The position numbers and the translations under genes are program-made. From an uncultured candidate division Zixibacteria bacterium (GTDB lineage Bacteria; Zixibacteria; MSB-5A5; UBA10806), in assembly GCA_963801605.1 (NCBI GenBank), contig CAWDFP010000004.1, positions 1-39,642 on the forward strand: 39,642 nt of DNA, written 5' to 3'. The notes beneath the pieces were generated by a model, which saw only the letters and a list, made by a program, of their open reading frames with translations, made no database searches and was not told where the DNA came from. Below, one piece after another: positions 21,565-32,744 of the stretch (the stretch's first letter is position 1; every line of letters begins with the position of its first letter).

Positions 21565-23874
21565 TTATATAAGCTTACGCAAAATATCCGAGATATCACG
21601 GGCGCGCTGGAAACGCAAATCGGGGTCTTTCACCAGACCCTTACCGATAATCTTATCGAAGATGCGCGGGATATCGAGATTTATCTCCGATGGGCGCGGC
21701 GGCTCGGTGTGCAGTATCGAATAGATCAGGGCCGAGATGGTGTCGCCCTTGAATGGCTTTTCGTGGGTCAGGACCTCGTAGAATACGACTCCAAGCGAGA
21801 AGATATCGCTGCGACGGTCTACCGGCTGGCCGCGTAGCTGCTCCGGCGAGATATAGTTGGGAGTGCCCAAGCGCGGTCCCGGTCTGGGTCATCGAGGCCG
21901 ATTTATCCAGACGCGCGATACCGAAATCCATGACCTTGACCTTGTTGCCTTCGAGTATCATAATATTGGCCGGCTTAATATCGCGATGCACGATACCGTT
22001 CTCATGCGCGTAATCGAGCGCCTCGCAGGCTTGAATCATGACCCGCGAGATAGTGCGGTAGTCCCAATCGACATCCGCTTTTGAGGATGTTCTCGAGAGT
22101 GTTGCCCTCGAGATACTCCATGGCGATATACTGCATGGAGCCTTCCTCGCCAACATCGTAAATGGTTACAATATTGGGATGCGAGATTTTACCGGCGGCC
22201 TTGGCCTCGCGGATAAGTCTCTCCTTAAGCTCCATAGTCTCCATCTCATCGGCGCCCTGATCAATCCTGATGGTCTTTAGCGCCACCGGCCTGTCGATAG
22301 CGGGATCGAGACCATGATAAACCATCCCCATAGCGCCCTTGCCAATTGGACGAATAATCTTGTAACGTCCAAAATGGTCCGCCATCGGCTGGTTATCGAC
22401 CATCGAAACATAGGTATTTCTGAGTTGTGACGAACTGACGCGGTACTCTGAGAGGCATAGAGGGTCTCGGCCGAGCTGCCGGAATGCCCTGAGCGGCCGG
22501 TAAAGCCGGTTTCGGCGGCAGGGGCATATTGCGGCGTGGGAGCCGGGCGAGCAGGCTGATCTATCCAACTGGTGGTGGGAAGCGATTGGCCGGATGACAG
22601 AAGCGACTCGTAATCGACTTCCTCGTCCTCGGTCTGCTCCTTCTCTTTCGCTTCCTCGGTCATTTTGACTATTGGAGCGGCAATCAGAAAGAATATAATC
22701 TCCAGCACCGGATAGAGCGTCTTGGCTATCAAATTGAAAGATGAAAATAGTATATAATTAATATTCAATAGAACAATCAGGAACAACCCCAGAACCGCCA
22801 TTCTGTTAATCAGCGAAACTTGCGGCAATACCAGGGCGGTGAAAACGCCTATAACGATTAGAATGAGGAGATTGAAGTTTAGCTTGCCCGCGGCGCCTTT
22901 CAATGCGGAATCGTTAATAATATTTTCGATAACGTTGGCATCGAGTTCCAAGCCTGAGAGGTTTTTACTAACCGGTGTGGTGTAGACATTGGGAGCGCCG
23001 TAACCGTTATAGCCGAGAATTACCAGCTTACCGCTCAATTCCGCCGGCGCGGTTTGCTTGTTCATGATATCGGATGCGGAGTATGTCTTGAATGTCCCCG
23101 CAGGGCCGTTATAGTTGATATTCATCTGGCCGCGACTGTCTGTGGGCACCTTGCGCCCGCCCAGCGTGATACCACTGCCAACTGCGATTCCAAATTGGCT
23201 GGGATCAACTCCCATGAAATGGGCGGCGGCTGCCACCTGGATCGAGGGGAAGAACTCACCCCTGAATCCCACGATGAGCGGCTGCCATCTAATCTTGCGG
23301 TCGCGGTCGATTGAGACATTGACAAAGCCAAAGCGCTTGACCGAATCTGCGAGGGATAGCGGTGGTGAGTAAAATTTCATAGCCACCAGCGGCGGATACT
23401 TTGCGAACAAGGCGGCGTCATCGAATCGCCGGTAAGCGCTGTTGATGAATCCCGATGGCAAAAAAGCGCCAGGAGTGGCATCGGATTGGGAATAAGAGTA
23501 TCCCATGATGACGTTGCCAGCGCGCGCGATAGCGCGGCTCGTGAGTCATCGAATCCGGCTGCCTTCTGATAATCATCGGCCACAAAATTCATATCGAGTG
23601 CGATAGTCTGCGGTTTCTGGGCCGAGATGCCATCGATCAGCCGGGCGATCTTGTCGCGGTTCCAAGGCCATTTGCCCCCGGAGCGAAGACTGAGATCATC
23701 AATACCCACGATGACGATATCCTGTGTTACATCCTTCTTGCCGCGAAATTTGAGCATAGTGTCCTGAATGGACATTTCGATTTTTTCAAGGCTTTCATGG
23801 CGATCAAGATAGAGACTTATCACCAAGAGAGAGATGAGAATGTACAGGATAGATCCTGAGAATTTTTTGAGCAT
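21565..23874 (-). CDS. CHASE2-domain transmembrane Ser/Thr protein kinase (Hanks type; frameshifted)
   Basis: Joined ORFs: CHASE2 ([27 protein letters not shown]), three TM helices, Pro/Ala linker, kinase ([47 protein letters not shown]). Confidence 0.9.
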
Positions 23875-23952
23875 GACTTTAAGTCCTCTACGACCTGTTT
23901 AGAATTTCCGCAGGAACCCGGATGGGGTTCTATCATTATATCTGTAATACTA

Positions 23953-23979
23953 AAATCGGCATTTTTCATGAAACGTTTA
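23953..23979 (-). promoter_or_regulatory. Sigma28 (FliA/WhiG)-like promoter
   Basis: The - strand reads TAAA-N15-GCCGATTT (consensus TAAA-N15-GCCGATAA), about 80 nt upstream of the kinase ATG. Confidence 0.5.
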
Positions 23980-24176
23980 GAGGGAATGACGGGGATTTTA
24001 GACTATTAGCAGGAATTAGTGGGAAGTCAGAACAATATTGAAACAGGAGCGAAATCAACGGGGCAAGATTGAGCGATTTCGGAGAAAAGGCCGAGGAATA
24101 CAATCATAAACGCTAATAGAAGCGCAAAGAGAAAAAGCCTCTTGACTAACAAATCCGCCTCCGGATTATATAAAAT

Positions 24177-24905
24177 CTACCTACCGACAGCCAGACGTTC
24201 TATCAAATATTCGGGAAGCCCGATTTTAGCCATATCCTTTTGGGTAGCCTTGATATTGTATGAGACCCGTTTATGCCTGACAGTTTTATTTTCGACATCA
24301 TAAATGAGGTAGCAGCTGCGGGGATCGCCATCGCGGGGCTGTCCCACCGAACCGATATTGACCAGATAGCGCCGCTCTTCGGTTAATATCTCCTCGGTCT
24401 GCTTCGAAAGTATGATCTCGCCGGTTTTTTCCTGATAGACGATATAGGGCCGATGTGTATGACCAAGCATACAGATGCGTTGACTGTAATATTCGAAGCT
24501 GTCGGCGGCATCATCCATATCGAGTATGTAATGCCAGAGCTCCGGTTCTTTAGGTGATGAATGCACCAGTAAAATATCGTCGAATTCATGCTTGAGCTCA
24601 AAATCGGACATTATTCGGATGGTTTTTCGGGAGATGGAATTCTTGGTCCAACCCATCGATTCGGCGGCATACTGATTGAAGAAATCGGTCTCCATCAGGC
24701 CCAGAGCGGCATAATCATGATTACCCATCAGCTTGATAGAGGCCACATCGTTGATAAGCTTAACACTTTCGTCGGGGAACGGGCCATAACCCACGGCATC
24801 GCCCATAAAGAAGACTTTATCGAGTTTTTCCGATCTAAAATCGATAACACAGGCTTTCAAAGCCTCTAAATTAGCATGGACATCGGAGAAAAATCCGTAT
24901 TTCAT
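24177..24905 (-). CDS. Calcineurin-like metallophosphoesterase (PPP/YfcE-like)
   Basis: SDVHAN, GDAVGYG, GNHD, VHSSP, GHTH, NIGSVGQPRDGDPR. Confidence 0.92.
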   Translation of the reverse strand: MKYGFFSDVHANLEALKACVIDFRSEKLDKVFFMGDAVGYGPFPDESVKLINDVASIKLMGNHDYAALGLMETDFFNQYAAESMGWTKNSISRKTIRIMSDFELKHEFDDILLVHSSPKEPELWHYILDMDDAADSFEYYSQRICMLGHTHRPYIVYQEKTGEIILSKQTEEILTEERRYLVNIGSVGQPRDGDPRSCYLIYDVENKTVRHKRVSYNIKATQKDMAKIGLPEYLIERLAVGR

Positions 24906-25591
24906 CTGCTCTCTACGAAGCGGTAAACAGTCTTTCCTACCTGGATGATGTCATCATTTTTAAGAAGATAACGCTCCACTTCCTCACCATTGATTTTGGT
25001 TTTGCCCTTTTTGCCGAGATTGACAATCCAGAAACCCTCAGGTTCATTGACAATCTTGGCCTGGATGCCGGATAGGAACAATCCCTTGGCTTTGATATTG
25101 GCCAAGGATGATCTGCCGATTGTAATTACAGTTCTGTCTATGGAGAATTGCTCGAAATCGGCGCCAGCCTCACCCAACAGAAGCGAACCGCCGGCTTCCG
25201 AGGTAAGTTTCTTATTTCTTTGATCTTTGGCAAGAAGATCGCGCTGCTTTCTGGTTTGCAATACCATGGTGCCATCCATCTCGAAAGGAGAGGTGCTCTT
25301 ATCGGCTGCCGGATGAAAAACCAGCGTGAATTTACCGATATTGATGGCATCGTTATCCTTTAATACTTCTTCAGAGACCCGCCGAGAATTAACGAATGTA
25401 CCGTTAAGGCTTTCATTGTCGATAATCAACGCCTGATTCTCGTTGAACTCGATCTGGGCGTGACGACGGGAGACCCCGCGATTATCGAGCACGATATCGT
25501 TATCAGGGGTTCGGCCGATAGTGATCCGTTTCTTTTCGGTAATGAATTTTTCAATAACCTTGTCTTCGAATTTTACTATTATTTCCGGCAT
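24902..25591 (-). CDS. Tandem FHA-domain protein
   Basis: FHA1: IGR, SRRHA, SLNGTFVN. FHA2 (degenerate): IGR, SGIQA, TKING. Stop overlaps the phosphoesterase ATG. Confidence 0.9.
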   Translation of the reverse strand: MPEIIVKFEDKVIEKFITEKKRITIGRTPDNDIVLDNRGVSRRHAQIEFNENQALIIDNESLNGTFVNSRRVSEEVLKDNDAINIGKFTLVFHPAADKSTSPFEMDGTMVLQTRKQRDLLAKDQRNKKLTSEAGGSLLLGEAGADFEQFSIDRTVITIGRSSLANIKAKGLFLSGIQAKIVNEPEGFWIVNLGKKGKTKINGEEVERYLLKNDDIIQVGKTVYRFVESR

Positions 25592-25657
25592 AACTCCCTC
25601 CCTCAACGGGTCTCGCCACAATTTGGAATACGAGAATTAAAATGTCAATCGATAGTT

Positions 25658-25720
25658 GCGTCATAATGACGCCATGATAGCCAGAATGACCTTGCGACCC
25701 CTCTTGGCTTCTTTTATATT
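25658..25720 (+). promoter_or_regulatory. Palindromic operator plus sigma70-like promoter of dusB
   Basis: Perfect palindrome GCGTCA-TAA-TGACGC (25658-25672); TTGCGA (25692-25697)-N17-TATATT (25715-25720). Confidence 0.5.
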
Positions 25721-25729
25721 GTCGGAACG

Positions 25730-26740
25730 ATGTGGCTAAACTTTACGGGTTCAAAAGCGATCATATTCGCGCCCATGGCCGGAGTCAGCGATTCCCCAGC
25801 CAGAAAAATTGCCAAGGAGTTTGATACTGATATTGTTGTTTCGGAGTTGATCTCGGCGGAGGGGATAATCAGAGACTGCCATCGCACTTGGGAGCTAGCC
25901 CGATTCGATAACCCGGAACGTCCCATAGGCTTACAGATTTTCGGCGCCAGGCCAGAATCGATGGCCGCCGCCGCCGCGAAACTGGAATCGCTATCTCCGG
26001 AATTTGTCGATATCAATTTCGGTTGTCCGGCGCCAAAGATTGTCGGCAAAAACGGCGGCAGTTCGATTTTGAAAAATCTCGGTTTATTGAAAACTATCGT
26101 TCATGATGTCGTCAAGGCTGTCTCGCTCCCCGTCACTGTAAAAATGCGAGCCGGCTGGGATTTGAGCGACCTCACATATATAGAAGCGGGAAAAATTATC
26201 GAGGATTGTGGAGCCACCGCAATAACACTTCATCCACGTACCAAGGTTCAGGGATTTTCCGGCAAGTCCGAGTGGAGTATGATTACTGAGCTTAAGCAAG
26301 CTGTCAAAATACCCGTAATTGGCAATGGCGATATCCTTGAGCCTGAAGATGCCGCCAGGATGTTCGATGAAACCGGTTGCGATGCTGTCATGATCGGTCG
26401 GGCGGCTATGGGAAACCCATGGATATTTTCCAGAACAAAACATTATCTCTCGACCGGTCAAATTCTGCCGGAACCGAGTACGACGGATAAAATCGATCTG
26501 GCAATAAGACATTACGATATGATGATCGATTATTACGGGCTGCCGGCGGCGGTATATAAGATGAGATCACAAATCTGCTATTATCTGCGCGGACTGCCCG
26601 GCAATGCCGAGATAAAGCCGGTCATTATGAGACTTCTCGCGCCGGATGATATAAAGGATGCCCTTCGTCGATATCGCGATTCGCTGGAAAGCATAAACCC
26701 CGATATCCGAATCCCTGCCCAAGAGAGATATATTATATGA
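25730..26740 (+). CDS. dusB: tRNA-dihydrouridine synthase DusB
   Basis: APMAGVSD, QIFG, DINFGCP, VTVKMRAGWD, HPRT, IGNGDI, VMIGR. Confidence 0.93.
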   Translation: MWLNFTGSKAIIFAPMAGVSDSPARKIAKEFDTDIVVSELISAEGIIRDCHRTWELARFDNPERPIGLQIFGARPESMAAAAAKLESLSPEFVDINFGCPAPKIVGKNGGSSILKNLGLLKTIVHDVVKAVSLPVTVKMRAGWDLSDLTYIEAGKIIEDCGATAITLHPRTKVQGFSGKSEWSMITELKQAVKIPVIGNGDILEPEDAARMFDETGCDAVMIGRAAMGNPWIFSRTKHYLSTGQILPEPSTTDKIDLAIRHYDMMIDYYGLPAAVYKMRSQICYYLRGLPGNAEIKPVIMRLLAPDDIKDALRRYRDSLESINPDIRIPAQERYII

Positions 26741-27489
26741 AAGCCAACGATATAAGAGCGATACTTGATGAGGTCTCAAAGGGCAGATTATCGGTTGATG
26801 CCGCCAGCAAACAACTTAGCAATCAATCCTTCGAGGATCTCGATTTCGCCAAACTCGATCATCAAAGAACTATCAGAACAGGCATGCCAGAGGTTATTTT
26901 CGCGCCCGGTAAAACCGATGATCAGGTGGTCAAGATATTTAGCAGAATGGCTAAGGCCGGCTCTGATGTTTTAGTGACACGAGCCGAAAAGCGAGTGTTC
27001 GATAAAATCAAGCGTCGATACAAAAAGGCACAGTACAGCGATCTCGCTAAGACGATCTTCCTTTGCAAGATTAAAAAAGCAATAAGCGACGGCAAAATAG
27101 CTGTGGTTTCGGCCGGTACATCGGATATACCGGTGGCGGAGGAAGCGGCGATAACCGCCGAGGTCTTCGGAGCGGTTGTGGAACGTATTTACGATGTGGG
27201 AGTAGCCGGCATTCACAGGCTTCTGTCGCATTCTGAACAACTTCGTGAGGCAAAGGTGATAATCGTGGTGGCCGGTATGGAGGGAGCATTGGCCTCTGTG
27301 GTTGGCGGGCTAGTAGCCTCGCCGGTGATCGCGGTGCCGACCTCGATAGGGTATGGGGCGTCGTTTGGCGGCGTGGCAGCGCTATTAGCTATGCTCAATA
27401 GCTGTGCGCCGGGGGTCACGGTGGTAAATATAGATAACGGCTTCGGAGCTGCCATGGCGGCGCTGAAGATGATAAAGGTTAAGTCATAA
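26737..27489 (+). CDS. larB: Nickel-pincer cofactor biosynthesis protein LarB
   Basis: AKLDHQR, PEVIFAPGKT, AGTSDIPVAEEA, DVGVAGIHRL, AGMEGAL, PTSIGYG, SCAPGVTVVNIDNGFGAA. Confidence 0.95.
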   Translation: MKANDIRAILDEVSKGRLSVDAASKQLSNQSFEDLDFAKLDHQRTIRTGMPEVIFAPGKTDDQVVKIFSRMAKAGSDVLVTRAEKRVFDKIKRRYKKAQYSDLAKTIFLCKIKKAISDGKIAVVSAGTSDIPVAEEAAITAEVFGAVVERIYDVGVAGIHRLLSHSEQLREAKVIIVVAGMEGALASVVGGLVASPVIAVPTSIGYGASFGGVAALLAMLNSCAPGVTVVNIDNGFGAAMAALKMIKVKS

Positions 27490-27508
27490 TTTTCCGAGAG
27501 ATAATATA

Positions 27509-28668
27509 ATGTCACTAATCTATTTCGACTGCTTCTCCGGTGTAGCCGGAGATATGATTATCGGGGCGCTAATCGACGCCGGGCTGCCGCTTGGCGATCT
27601 CAAAGCCGAAATCGCCAAACTCGGCCTTTCCGGTTATGAGCTTACTACTCGAAAAGTCGTAAAAAATAAAATCTCAGGCACCAAATTTTCAGTCGAGGTC
27701 CGCGAAAAGCAGCCGGAACGTCACTTAAAAGAGATAAACAAGATTATAATTGGCTCAAAGCTCGATAACGATATAAAAGAGCGGGCCATGAAAATATTTT
27801 CTCGTCTCGGCGAGGCCGAGGCGGCTGTTCATGGCGAGCCAGTGGAAAAGGTGCATTTCCACGAGGTAGGCGCTATCGATGCCATAATCGATATCTGTGG
27901 TGCTGTCATCGGGCTGAAGATGCTGGGAGTCGATACGGTTTATTCGTCATCTTTGCCCCTTGGTAAGGGGAGTATCAATTCATCGCACGGGCAGATACCG
28001 GTGCCCGCCCCGGCGACAGCGGCCTTGCTGAAAGGCGTTCCAGTTCGCATCACCAATATCGATTCGGAGCTTACTACTCCTACCGGAGCGGCTATACTTA
28101 CAACCCTTGCAAGCTTTGCCGATCCCGGTCAGTTTACGCCTCGTCTGGTAGGATATGGCGCTGGAAGCAAATTGCTGACAGGGTTACCCAATCTACTGCG
28201 TATCATGATCGGCGAGCCATCAACGGTGTTTGACTCAGACACCATAACGACTCTGGAGACAAATTTAGACCGGATATCATCGGAAAACCTCGGCGGCCTA
28301 CTCGATAATCTCATGGCCTCTGGTGCGCTCGATGTTTTGTGGCGCCTATTACAATGAAGAAGAACCGTCCCGGGCACCTGCTTTCGGTCTTGTGCGAACC
28401 TGATAAAAAGGATAAATTGGCGAAAATCATATTCGGGAGCGGCAACACTCTGGGGATCAGGATTGGATCGAGTACCCGAATGAAGCTTCCCCGGAGGCAG
28501 ATCACGGTACCGACCTCCGGCGGCGATATCTCGGTGAAGGTGGCGGAACTCGATGGCCGCAAGCTGATATTCCCGGAGCATGATGACATGATAAAGGCAA
28601 TGAAGAAAGCGGCGCAAAGCTACGATGATATCTATTTTGAGATTCAGCGCGCGATAAGAAAGGAGTAA
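27509..28668 (+). CDS. larC: Nickel-pincer cofactor nickel insertase LarC (frameshift near 28338)
   Basis: YFDCFSGVAGDM, HFHEVGAIDAIIDI, PVPAPAT, ELTTPTGAA, LETNLD, then MKKNRPG and PEHDD in the second frame. Confidence 0.93.
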
Positions 28669-28670
28669 TG

Positions 28671-29663
28671 ATGGCAGGCATGGGAATCCTAACCTTTGCG
28701 GAGATAAAAGAGGGCAAACTTGCCGCTATAGCCAAAGAGACAGTAGGCACGGCCCGACGGTTAGCGGACTTTGAAATCGTGGAAAGTAACGGCGGTACTT
28801 ATTGGGGACAGTATTTCCAATCTGGCCGATGAATTGATTAAATATCGGCGCCGATAAAGTAATCATCTGTGAATCGCCAAAATTGGCGCAGTTTATAGAT
28901 GAGTCCTACGCAAAATTTTAGTCGATATAGCCAAAGAGCGAGAACCCGGCTGTTATCCTTGGTGGCGCCACATTCGAGGGGAAATTCCTGTTTGCCAGAC
29001 TGGCGGCAGCACTATCATCGGGGCTGGCCGCGGATATTACGGCGTTGGAGTGGGACGGTGATAACATCCTGGCAACCCGTCCCGCGTACGGTGGTAAGGC
29101 GATTCTGAAGGTCTCCCCTGCCGGCCCCGGGCCTCAAATGGCAACACTTCGCCCCAAGGCGTTTGGCTGATCCGGCAATTGATGATGGTCGTAGCGGCGA
29201 GAAAATCCAGTTTGTATTCGACGAAGCCAAGCACGGTTCGCGAGCGAAGGTGCTGGAGCATGTTTCGGAAGGCGGGCAGGAGATCAGCCTGACCGATGCC
29301 GATATTATTGTCTCTGGCGGACGGGGCATTCGCGCACCGGAAAATTATAACATGATACGCGACTTGGCAGCATCGTTGGGCGCGGCTGTAGGCGCCTCGC
29401 GCGCTATTGTCGATGCCGGTTGGATACCGTACGCCTATCAGGTCGGACAAACCGGCAAGACTGTCAACCCCAAGCTTTATATCGCTTGTGGAATATCGGG
29501 AGCGATTCAGCACTTAGTAGGCATGCAGTCATCGAAAACGATTGTAGCTATCAACCGCGATGCCGAGGCTCCTATATTTAAGGTGGCGACTTACGGTGTA
29601 GTCGGGGATATCTTTGAGATAATCCCGAAATTGACGGCGAGAATAAATCAGTTGAAGGGGTAG
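28671..29663 (+). CDS. etfA: Electron transfer flavoprotein alpha subunit (frameshifted)
   Basis: N-terminus [17 protein letters not shown] by hand; RPAYGG; C-terminal [36 protein letters not shown]. Confidence 0.9.
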
Positions 29664-29684
29664 ATTTTCACAATAAGGGTTATG

Positions 29685-29715
29685 AAAGGGCGACTCTAGT
29701 CGCCTTTTCTTTTTT
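29685..29715 (+). terminator. Rho-independent terminator after etfA
   Basis: AAAGGGCGACT-CT-AGTCGCCTTTT followed by CTTTTTT. Confidence 0.75.
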
Positions 29716-29772
29716 GTCTTGAAAATCATTGTTAAAGATACTGTATATAATGATGTCTATGAAAGGAGATTT

Positions 29773-31232
29773 ATGAAGATATCGCGAATAGTAATTGTGA
29801 CTGTGATAACTTTGCTGCTTCGAATGCCGCCGGTAACACCTCAACCCTGCCTAACCGCTTTGACCCTCTTCTGAAAACCAACTGGTATGGGATTTATATG
29901 CAGGGGATGAAAATGGGGTATGCAGAAATAGCGCTCGAAAAGATTGACACTCCAGTCCCGGGATGGCGCTACTCCAATATAATGACAATCATTATGAAAG
30001 CTGGTGGAGTGGAGTCAAAAATGCTCACCGAAGACTCTAAGATCTTTAAATCTCCAACAGGTGAATTATACTGTAATAACCTGATTATCACAAGCCCCAC
30101 AGGAAATATTCGAGTGAGTGGTCAAATCGATGGCAGCCAGTATGTAGTAGAATCCGATATCGGAGGCCAGAAGAACACAAAGTTATTTGACTATCCTCTT
30201 GATTATCTCGATAGCGTCTTGGTTGTCGAAATGCGAATTATCTCGGGTAAGGCGGCTGTCGGGAGATTCATTTACCAGCTCATCGTTCGAGGCTACTCCC
30301 CCGCTGACAGGAATTATTCACCAGTTGATAAAATTCAAATCAAAGCGGGATTATATATTCAACGGGCTGGCGACCTCGGCATTTGCTATCGAAGGTACAA
30401 TACAAGAAGCAAACATGCTTATTGAGGTGTTAACCGATTCCTACGGCAATAGCCTTGAGATGAACTTGGGAAATGTCATGATTCTAAAACTCGAAGATGA
30501 GGCCACCGCCAAAGACCTAAGTGCCACGTTCGATATGCTAATTGATAACCTGGTAATTCCAGATAAAAGACTGGACAATTCCCAGAACCTTAAATCGCTC
30601 AGGCTTAAAATAACCGGGATAGATACATCTGGATTACTTCAAACTGATATGCAGACAATCAAACCTCTTGCGGATGGTCTCGAATTAGATATCGTAGCCC
30701 AGGCTGTGCCCCCAAACCCTCCGACTCGCCCAATCACGCTAACCGAAGTTGCCGAGTACCTGAAAAGCGATCCATTCGAGCAATCTGATGACCCGCAAAT
30801 TATTGAACTTGCGGATAAAATTGTTGCGGGAGAAAAAAACTCCTGGGAGGCGGCCAAGAAAATCAATTCCTGGGTTTATCCAATATCGAAAAGAAATTCA
30901 CTCCCGATTTATCCAACGCTTTGCAGACATTAAAATCTCGACAAGGCGATTGCGGCGAACATACGGCGTTGGCTGTGGCTCTACTTCGAGCCGCGGGAAT
31001 TCCAGCCCGTCCGATGGTCGGATTGATGTATTGGGAGCCGGGCGGCGGATTCGGGTATCATGCCTGGGTCGAAGCTTACGTAGGTCAGTGGATACAGATG
31101 GACCCCACCTGGAACCAGGAGCTGGCCAGCCCTGCGCATATTGCATTAACACGCGGAGATATTATTTCGCAAGTAAGCGTCTTAATGAAGGTAATGGGGA
31201 AGGTGAAGATTGAGGTACTCGAAGCGAAATAG
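29773..31232 (+). CDS. Exported transglutaminase-like domain protein (frameshifted)
   Basis: RBS AAGGAG, ATG at 29773; WYGIYMQG N-domain; catalytic GDCGEH, YHAWVE, MDPTW (Cys-His-Asp); joined ORFs 29898, 30187 and 30921. Confidence 0.85.
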
Positions 31233-31326
31233 CTTAGATTTCTGTGCAATAGGACTCCGGAGCCCTACAGCACGATGAATTTACATCATATAGTGACTTT
31301 ATGATGAAATACTTTTCTTAAGAATA

Positions 31327-31348
31327 GGGGCGCATAGGAATGCGCCCC
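31327..31348. terminator. Hairpin between convergent genes (possible bidirectional terminator)
   Basis: GGGGCGCAT-AGGA-ATGCGCCCC; weak U-tracts. Confidence 0.5.
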
Positions 31349-31362
31349 CACTTTCCTTCGGT

Positions 31363-32734
31363 CTACATTTCGTCAAGCGACTTGATTGTAACCTTGCCGA
31401 TTGTCTTCAAGCTGTCCTGGACAGCCGCGGCATTCGAAACTATGCTAAAGACCAGATTTTCCATATCGATGTGATTTTTAGCAGCATTGAGTATATCGGC
31501 CTTACTCACCTTCTGGATATTCTTCGTAAAATCCTTGATATACGAAACCGGTAAGCCATACAGCTTAACCTTAATGATTTCATCTGTAACCTGCATGGGG
31601 GTTTCGAGAGTCATCGGATAAAAGCCGGAATAGAAGTTGATGGCATCGGTGTACTCGGCGTCGCTGACTTCGATCTCCTGCATCCCCTTGATAACCCTAA
31701 TCGATGCCCTGATGGCGCTCATGGTGGAGTCGTTTTCGGTGAAGGTATTACAGTAATAGGCGCCGGGCATGATATTCCACTCATTGGCAGTGCGGATATC
31801 ATAGGTCATACCGCCCTTTACGCGAACCTCTTCATTGAGCCGGGAAACGAAACTTGAACCGAGAATATAATTCATGAGGGTCATGGCGTAGTAATCGGGG
31901 TTTTCGCGAGTGATGCCGAAATGGCCAAAACGGATATTGGTTTGGGTAGCGTCCGATTTGTCTATTAGTAGAATCTTATAACCCTCGGGAGATGCCGGTG
32001 TAGAAATATTCAGAATCGGGATGCTACCTTTCTTCCAATTCTTAAAGGCAGATTCCATCTTCGTGAAAATTTCCGACGGCTTTAATATCGCCTGCTATTA
32101 CCAAAAAGGCGTTATTGGGACGGAAGTAATCGTTGTAGAATTTTACGATGTCATTTCTGGTGATTCCGGTTACTGATTTTTCAGTACCCTCGGTTGGATG
32201 CCCGTAAGGATGATTGCCGAATAGCGCAGAGTTAAAACCTTTTACGCAAAGACTATTGGCGTCGTCTTTAGATTGCACGATACCGCTGAGAGTTTGATTT
32301 CTAAGGCGTTCGACCTCGCTGGTATCGAAAACCGGATTGAGGACAATATCGGTCAGCAGATTTATCCCACATCGAGATGCTTGGACAGGACGCCATCGAA
32401 TATGATGATAGCATCGCGGTTGGCCGATGCATCAAGCGAGCCGCCCACGAAATCGATCTCCTCTGCGATCTGGGGAGCAGTGCGGGTCTTGGTCCCTTGA
32501 CGGAGCAGGCCGGCGGTGAAATTGGCCAGCCCAGCCTTATCGACTGGGGTCATAAGCCGAACCTGCCCTGATAACCATCTTCAATGTGATTGTAGGCAAC
32601 TCGTGGTTTTCTATTGCAACTACCACCAGGCCGTTGCTGAGAGTGTCCTCGGTGATCGGGGGCAGCTTGACCTCATTAGCGCCGGCCAGTGTAAAGGAGA
32701 AGATCACCAACATTATAGCGATGTATTTTTTCAT
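31363..32734 (-). CDS. M16 (pitrilysin-like) peptidase, non-catalytic subunit (frameshifted)
   Basis: Signal peptide; TLSNGL, KAGLANFTAGLLRQGT (no HxxEH), HPYGHP, YFRPNNA, SRLNEEVRVKGGMTY (R/Y pair). Confidence 0.88.
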
Positions 32735-32744
32735 AGTCACCTTC

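Noticed and set aside
28325..28357. larC split as a programmed ribosomal frameshift (as in Lactiplantibacillus larC1/larC2)
   Set aside because: One extra T in GATGTTTTGTGGCG restores DVFVAPITMKK, and similar indels occur throughout the window, so a homopolymer error is simpler.
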